DNA of 22,167 nucleotides. Origin: an archaeon (GTDB lineage Archaea > EX4484-52 > B79-G9). Location: assembly GCA_043813875.1 (NCBI GenBank), contig JBDRKP010000021.1, positions 1 to 22,167 of the forward strand. Reading direction: 5' to 3'. The first letter of the stretch is position 1, and each line of letters opens with the position of its first letter. The position numbers and the translations under genes were made by a program. The notes below the pieces were generated by a model. The model saw only the letters and a list, made by a program, of their open reading frames with translations, had not been told where the DNA came from and made no database searches. Shown piece by piece: positions 17,830 through 22,167 of the stretch.

Positions 17830-18409
17830 TAATTACGATTCTTTCACCTATAATCTAGTGGATGAGTTCGAGAAGAGGGGCCATGCTGTGCTCGTGTACA
17901 GGAACGATGCGGATATCGGCTTTATCGATAAGGTGATAAAAAAAGAGAAGCCGGGGCTTATTGTCTTGTCGCCGGGGCCGGGGACGCCAGGGGATGCCGG
18001 CATATGCATTGAGATGATCAAAAAGTATCATGCTAAAATACCGATATTCGGCATATGTCTTGGGCACCAGGCGATTGTGGAGGCATTCGGCGGCAAGGTC
18101 GGGAAGGCAGATGAGACGCTGCACGGGAAGACATCGCTTGTGTATCATGCGGGCGTTGGGCTGTACAGGGGTATCGAGAACCCGTTTGCTGCGGGCAGGT
18201 ATCATTCGCTTTGCGCTATCTGTGTGCCGGATTGCCTTGAAGTCACGTCGAAGACAGAAAGCGGAATCGTCATGGGTGTGTGCCACAAGTCGTATCCTGT
18301 TTTTGGCGTGCAGTTCCACCCGGAGTCGATACTTACGCCGGTGGGCGGCAAGATGATTGAGAATGTCGTCAATGAAAATGATAATGAGAAAGATGGTGGT
18401 AAATCATGA
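17810..18409 (+). CDS. trpG: Anthranilate synthase component II (glutamine amidotransferase)
   Basis: IDNYDSFTYNL, SPGPG, GICLGHQ, RYHSL, QFHPES; RBS GGAGGTG at 17797-17803. Confidence 0.95.
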   Translation: MKILLIDNYDSFTYNLVDEFEKRGHAVLVYRNDADIGFIDKVIKKEKPGLIVLSPGPGTPGDAGICIEMIKKYHAKIPIFGICLGHQAIVEAFGGKVGKADETLHGKTSLVYHAGVGLYRGIENPFAAGRYHSLCAICVPDCLEVTSKTESGIVMGVCHKSYPVFGVQFHPESILTPVGGKMIENVVNENDNEKDGGKS

Positions 18410-19416
18410 TAAAAGAGGCTATACCTGCGGTTGTGGAAGGCAAGGACCTGACTGAGAAGGAGACTATCGAGGTGTTTACTGAGATAATGGAAGGCAAGGC
18501 GACGGATGCGCAGATCGCCGCGTTTCTTGTCGCTCTCCGGCTCAAGGGCGAGACAATCGATGAGATAACGGGCGCTGTCCGCGTCATGAGGAAGAAGGCG
18601 ATGAAGATCGCGCCGAAGGTGGATATGCTTGTCGATACATGCGGCACAGGCGGAGATAGTGCGGGGACTTTCAATATATCTACTACTGCCGCTTTTGTCG
18701 TTGCCGGCGCAGGCATCGCTGTCGCAAAGCATGGCAACAGGTCTGTCTCAAGCAAGAGCGGGTCTGCTGATGTGCTTTCTATGCTTGGCGTGAAGATCGA
18801 TGTTTCGCCGGAGGTTGTTGTGAAGTGCATCGAGGAGGCGAATATCGGGTTCCTTTTTGCGCCCCAGTATCACGGGGCCATGAAATATGCTATCGGGCCG
18901 AGGAGGGAGATCGGCATCAGGACGATTTTCAATGTCCTTGGGCCGCTTACGAATCCGGCTGGCGCGAAGGCGCAGGTCATCGGGGTGTATGATGCGAAGC
19001 TTACGGATGTGCTTTGTGAAGTGCTTTCGAATCTTGGGACCAAGCGCGCGTTTGTTGTCCACGGCTATCCGCTTGATGAGATAAGCATCTGCGGGAAAAC
19101 GAAGATAACTGAATTGAATGAAGGTGTTGTAACTACTCACACTGTCAAGCCAGAGGATTTCGGATTCAGGGCTGTGGGTCTGTCTCTTATCGCAGGAGGG
19201 ACACCTGAGGAGAATAGCAGGATCACTCTTGATATATTGAATAATGTCAAAGGCCCAAGATATGATATAACCGTACTCAATGCTGCTGCGGCGATTGCTG
19301 CTGCAGGAATGGCGGGGACTATCAAGGATGCTATCCCGATCGCAAAGGAGTCGATTGAGAGCGGAAGGGCGCTTCTTGCGCTTGAGAGACTGAAGGAGAT
19401 CACAAATGCAGGCTGA
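18406..19416 (+). CDS. trpD: Anthranilate phosphoribosyltransferase
   Basis: DTCGTGGD, FNIST, KHGNRSVSSKSGSAD, RTIFNVLGPLTNP; ATGA overlap. Confidence 0.96.
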   Translation: MIKEAIPAVVEGKDLTEKETIEVFTEIMEGKATDAQIAAFLVALRLKGETIDEITGAVRVMRKKAMKIAPKVDMLVDTCGTGGDSAGTFNISTTAAFVVAGAGIAVAKHGNRSVSSKSGSADVLSMLGVKIDVSPEVVVKCIEEANIGFLFAPQYHGAMKYAIGPRREIGIRTIFNVLGPLTNPAGAKAQVIGVYDAKLTDVLCEVLSNLGTKRAFVVHGYPLDEISICGKTKITELNEGVVTTHTVKPEDFGFRAVGLSLIAGGTPEENSRITLDILNNVKGPRYDITVLNAAAAIAAAGMAGTIKDAIPIAKESIESGRALLALERLKEITNAG

Positions 19417-20206
19417 AAAAAAGAGCATACTGGATGAGATAGTGGAGCATAAGACCCTTGAAGTCGAAGCCCAGAAGAAGAAGGTTCCGTTCGAGACATT
19501 CATCTTGAATATAGGGCGGAGTACACGGGATTTCAGGAAGGCGATACTGAGGCCGGGTAAAGAGGATGCTATCAGGCTGATCGCGGAGCTTAAGTTCGCT
19601 TCTCCGGCGTCTGGCAAGATCAGGGATGCAAGCAAGGATGAAATCGTGAGGATCACGAAACTCTATAATAAATATGCGAGCGCGATATCGGTGCTTACTG
19701 ATGAGAAATATTTCGGGGGAAGTGTCCTGAATCTCAGGGATGCTGCCCGGATCAGCAGTGTGCCGATTCTTAGAAAGGATTTTATCGTGGATAAGTACCA
19801 GATTGTGGAGGCGCGTTATTATGGCGCAGATGCGATATTGCTGATCGCGTCGGTGCTCGGCGAACAGAAGCTTAAGAGTTTTATGGGCGCGGCTAAGGGC
19901 CTCGGCATGGCGTGTCTTGTAGAGGTGCATGATAAAGGTGATCTTGATGTCGCTATCAGGGCGGGGGCGGATATAATCGGCATCAATAACCGTGACCTGA
20001 AAACGATGGATGTTGATGTCAAGAATACTCTTGAGCTTTCCGGGCAGATACCAGATAATGTGGTTGTTGTGAGCGAGAGCGGGATCAGGACTAAAGAGGA
20101 TGTTGAGCGTCTACGGGAGGCGAATGTTGATGCGGTGCTTGTCGGGACTGCTATCATGGAAGGGGATGTCGAGGATAAACTGAAGGAGCTTATAGGTGAT
20201 GTGTGA
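19406..20206 (+). CDS. trpC: Indole-3-glycerol phosphate synthase
   Basis: IAELKFASP, ISVLTD..YFGG, LRKDFI, LVEVH, GINNRDL, SESGI. Confidence 0.95.
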   Translation: MQAEKKSILDEIVEHKTLEVEAQKKKVPFETFILNIGRSTRDFRKAILRPGKEDAIRLIAELKFASPASGKIRDASKDEIVRITKLYNKYASAISVLTDEKYFGGSVLNLRDAARISSVPILRKDFIVDKYQIVEARYYGADAILLIASVLGEQKLKSFMGAAKGLGMACLVEVHDKGDLDVAIRAGADIIGINNRDLKTMDVDVKNTLELSGQIPDNVVVVSESGIRTKEDVERLREANVDAVLVGTAIMEGDVEDKLKELIGDV

Positions 20207-20823
20207 TGACGAAGGTGAAGATATGCGGGATTACGAATGTCGAGGATGCCAAGTTGGCGGTTGAGTCCGGGGCTGATGCGCTCGGGTTCATTTTTTATGA
20301 GAAGAGCAAGCGGTCTGTCGATAAGGAGGATGTCCGGGAGATTGTTCGCTCACTGCCGCCGTTTGTCGCAAAGGTGGGTGTGTTTGTGGATGAGGATGAA
20401 GATGTTGTCAGACAGATACAGGCGTATTGCGGGCTTACTTGCCTGCAGTTTCATGGGAGTGAGACTAAAGAGTATTGTGGCATGTTCAATAATGTCATCA
20501 AGGCTTTCAGGGTGAAGGACAGGTCAAGCCTTGATGCTGTCAGAGAGTATGAGCCTTATGTGAGTGCGATACATCTTGATAATTTCAAGTTGGACGTTGC
20601 CGGGGGGACTGGCGAAGTGTTTGACTGGAATGCGCTTCGCGGATTCAGTTCACGGAAGCCTATAATACTTTCAGGCGGGATAACTGAAGCTAATGTGGCG
20701 GAGGCTATTGGTATTGTGAAGCCGTACGCGATAGATTCCGCAAGCGGCACGGAGAAAGAGCCGGGAAGGAAGGATCATGCCAGGATGAAAAGATTGATAA
20801 ACCTTGTAAAGAGAGTGAATTGA
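20203..20823 (+). CDS. trpF: Phosphoribosylanthranilate isomerase
   Basis: VKICGIT, VGVFV, QFHGSE, GGTG..FDW, LSGGI; GTG 20203 or ATG 20206 after GGTGA. Confidence 0.94.
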   Translation: MMTKVKICGITNVEDAKLAVESGADALGFIFYEKSKRSVDKEDVREIVRSLPPFVAKVGVFVDEDEDVVRQIQAYCGLTCLQFHGSETKEYCGMFNNVIKAFRVKDRSSLDAVREYEPYVSAIHLDNFKLDVAGGTGEVFDWNALRGFSSRKPIILSGGITEANVAEAIGIVKPYAIDSASGTEKEPGRKDHARMKRLINLVKRVN

Positions 20824-20825
20824 TT

Positions 20826-22004
20826 ATGAAGACAAATACGAAATTCGCTAAATTCGGCGGCACGTTCGTGCCGGAGACGCTGATGACTGCACTTCTTGAG
20901 CTTGAGGGTGCATATCTTAAGCTCAAGGATGATGATGGGTTCAAAAAGGAGCTGCATGAACTTCTTGCCAGTTATGCGGGGCGGCCGACGCCATTGTATT
21001 TCGCGGCCAATATGTCTAAAAAATACGGGTGCAGGATATATATCAAGCGCGAGGATCTGCTTCATACGGGAGCGCATAAGATCAATAATACTCTCGGGCA
21101 GGGGCTGCTTGCAAAGCATATGGGCAAGACAAGGATCATCGCGGAGACTGGGGCCGGGCAGCATGGGGTCGCGACTGCGGTTGTCGGGGCGCTTCTTGGC
21201 ATCAAGACAGAGGTGTTCATGGGTGTCGAGGATATCGAGCGCCAGAAGCTTAATGTTTTTCGGATGAAGCTTTGCGGGGCACGGGTCATTCCTGTGAGTT
21301 CGGGGGCCGGTACGCTCAAGGATGCTGTCAACGAGGCTTTGCGTGACTGGATAGCGAATGTGAGGACGACCTATTATGTGCTCGGTTCTGCTGTCGGGCC
21401 GCATCCATATCCGACGATAGTGCGCGATTTCCAGAAGGTCATCGGCGAGGAGACCAAAAAGCAGGTCATGGAGCTTGAAGGGCGGCTGCCTGATGCTGTT
21501 GTCGCCTGCGTCGGCGGGGGATCTAACTCGATAGGCATGTTTTTTGATTTTATTCCTGACAAGGGAGTCGGGCTTTACGGTGTCGAGGCGGCAGGATTAG
21601 GTCTTGATACAGGCAAGCATGGCGCATCGCTTTGCAAGGGTGAGCCCGGCATATTGCATGGCTCGATGTCGTATGTGCTGCAGAATAAGGACGGGCAGAT
21701 AACAGAGGCTTATTCGATTTCTGCGGGGCTTGATTACCCGGGCGTGGGTCCGGAGCATAGTATGCTCAAGGAGAGCGGGCGAGCGAAGTATGTGGCTGTC
21801 ACTGACAAGGAGGCGCTTTCTGCGTTCAGGGAGCTTTCTGTGACTGAGGGCATAATTCCTGCGCTTGAGTCAGCGCATGCGGTTGCGTATGCCATCAAGC
21901 TTGCGAAGACTTTGAAGAAGGATGATATTTTGGTGATTACGCTTTCGGGGCGCGGTGATAAGGATATGTATCACGTGGCAGAGGCTTTGGGGGTGAGGGT
22001 ATGA
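20826..22004 (+). CDS. trpB: Tryptophan synthase beta chain (TrpB1 type)
   Basis: [15 protein letters not shown] (PLP lysine), [46 protein letters not shown]. Confidence 0.97.
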   Translation: MKTNTKFAKFGGTFVPETLMTALLELEGAYLKLKDDDGFKKELHELLASYAGRPTPLYFAANMSKKYGCRIYIKREDLLHTGAHKINNTLGQGLLAKHMGKTRIIAETGAGQHGVATAVVGALLGIKTEVFMGVEDIERQKLNVFRMKLCGARVIPVSSGAGTLKDAVNEALRDWIANVRTTYYVLGSAVGPHPYPTIVRDFQKVIGEETKKQVMELEGRLPDAVVACVGGGSNSIGMFFDFIPDKGVGLYGVEAAGLGLDTGKHGASLCKGEPGILHGSMSYVLQNKDGQITEAYSISAGLDYPGVGPEHSMLKESGRAKYVAVTDKEALSAFRELSVTEGIIPALESAHAVAYAIKLAKTLKKDDILVITLSGRGDKDMYHVAEALGVRV

Positions 22005-22167
22005 GCCGGGTTTCTGGTGCTTTTTTAAATAAGGCGTTTGTCCCGTTCACTGTGCTTGGTGATCCGGATTTTGATACGTCGCTTGAGGTTGTCAAGAGCA
22101 TGATTGATGCCGGGGCTGATATGCTTGAGCTTGGGTTTCCGTTTTCTGATCCTGTCGCTGACGGGCC
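22001..22167 (+). CDS. trpA: Tryptophan synthase alpha chain (5' part, truncated by window end)
   Basis: Manual translation [59 protein letters not shown] overlap with trpB. Confidence 0.93.
   Translation, partial: MSRVSGAFLNKAFVPFTVLGDPDFDTSLEVVKSMIDAGADMLELGFPFSDPVADG

Noticed and set aside
18748..19656. 302-aa antisense ORF and the many other antisense or alternate-frame ORFs (e.g. 5290-5976, 3611-4246, 20775-21404)
   Set aside because: Shadows of well-supported genes, with no motifs or translation signals
1..22167. CRISPR arrays, tRNA/rRNA genes, transposases, integrases, T-box or classical bacterial attenuator hairpins
   Set aside because: No repeat-spacer periodicity, cloverleaf, recombinase motif or GC hairpin plus U-tract attenuator was seen

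Overview
Prokaryotic window, most likely archaeal: GGTGA/GGAGG ribosome-binding sites, BRE+TATA promoters, archaeal-route ADH synthase plus DHQ synthase II, and a DinB ending in a PCNA-binding PIP-like motif. It is almost entirely an aromatic amino acid biosynthesis supercluster. An 11-gene + strand aro/phe/tyr cluster (tyrA, aspartokinase-like::ADH synthase fusion, DHQ synthase II, chorismate mutase, aroA, pheA, aroD, aroE, bacterial-type shikimate kinase, aroC, class I/II aminotransferase) is followed by an interruption (orphan ORF, ppdK, dinB, Bro-N gene) and then trpEGDCFBA, with trpA truncated by the window end. Most notable: (1) an ACT-less aspartokinase-like domain fused in frame to ADH synthase, with an internal RBS/ATG retained; (2) a Trp/Tyr-containing out-of-frame micro-ORF on the trpE RBS plus an upstream orphan promoter and leader; (3) a structured ~115-nt intergenic element before the shikimate kinase, with an 18-mer repeated after dinB; (4) enteric-type TrpE/TrpG. 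All assignments come from motif recognition by eye; no searches were run.
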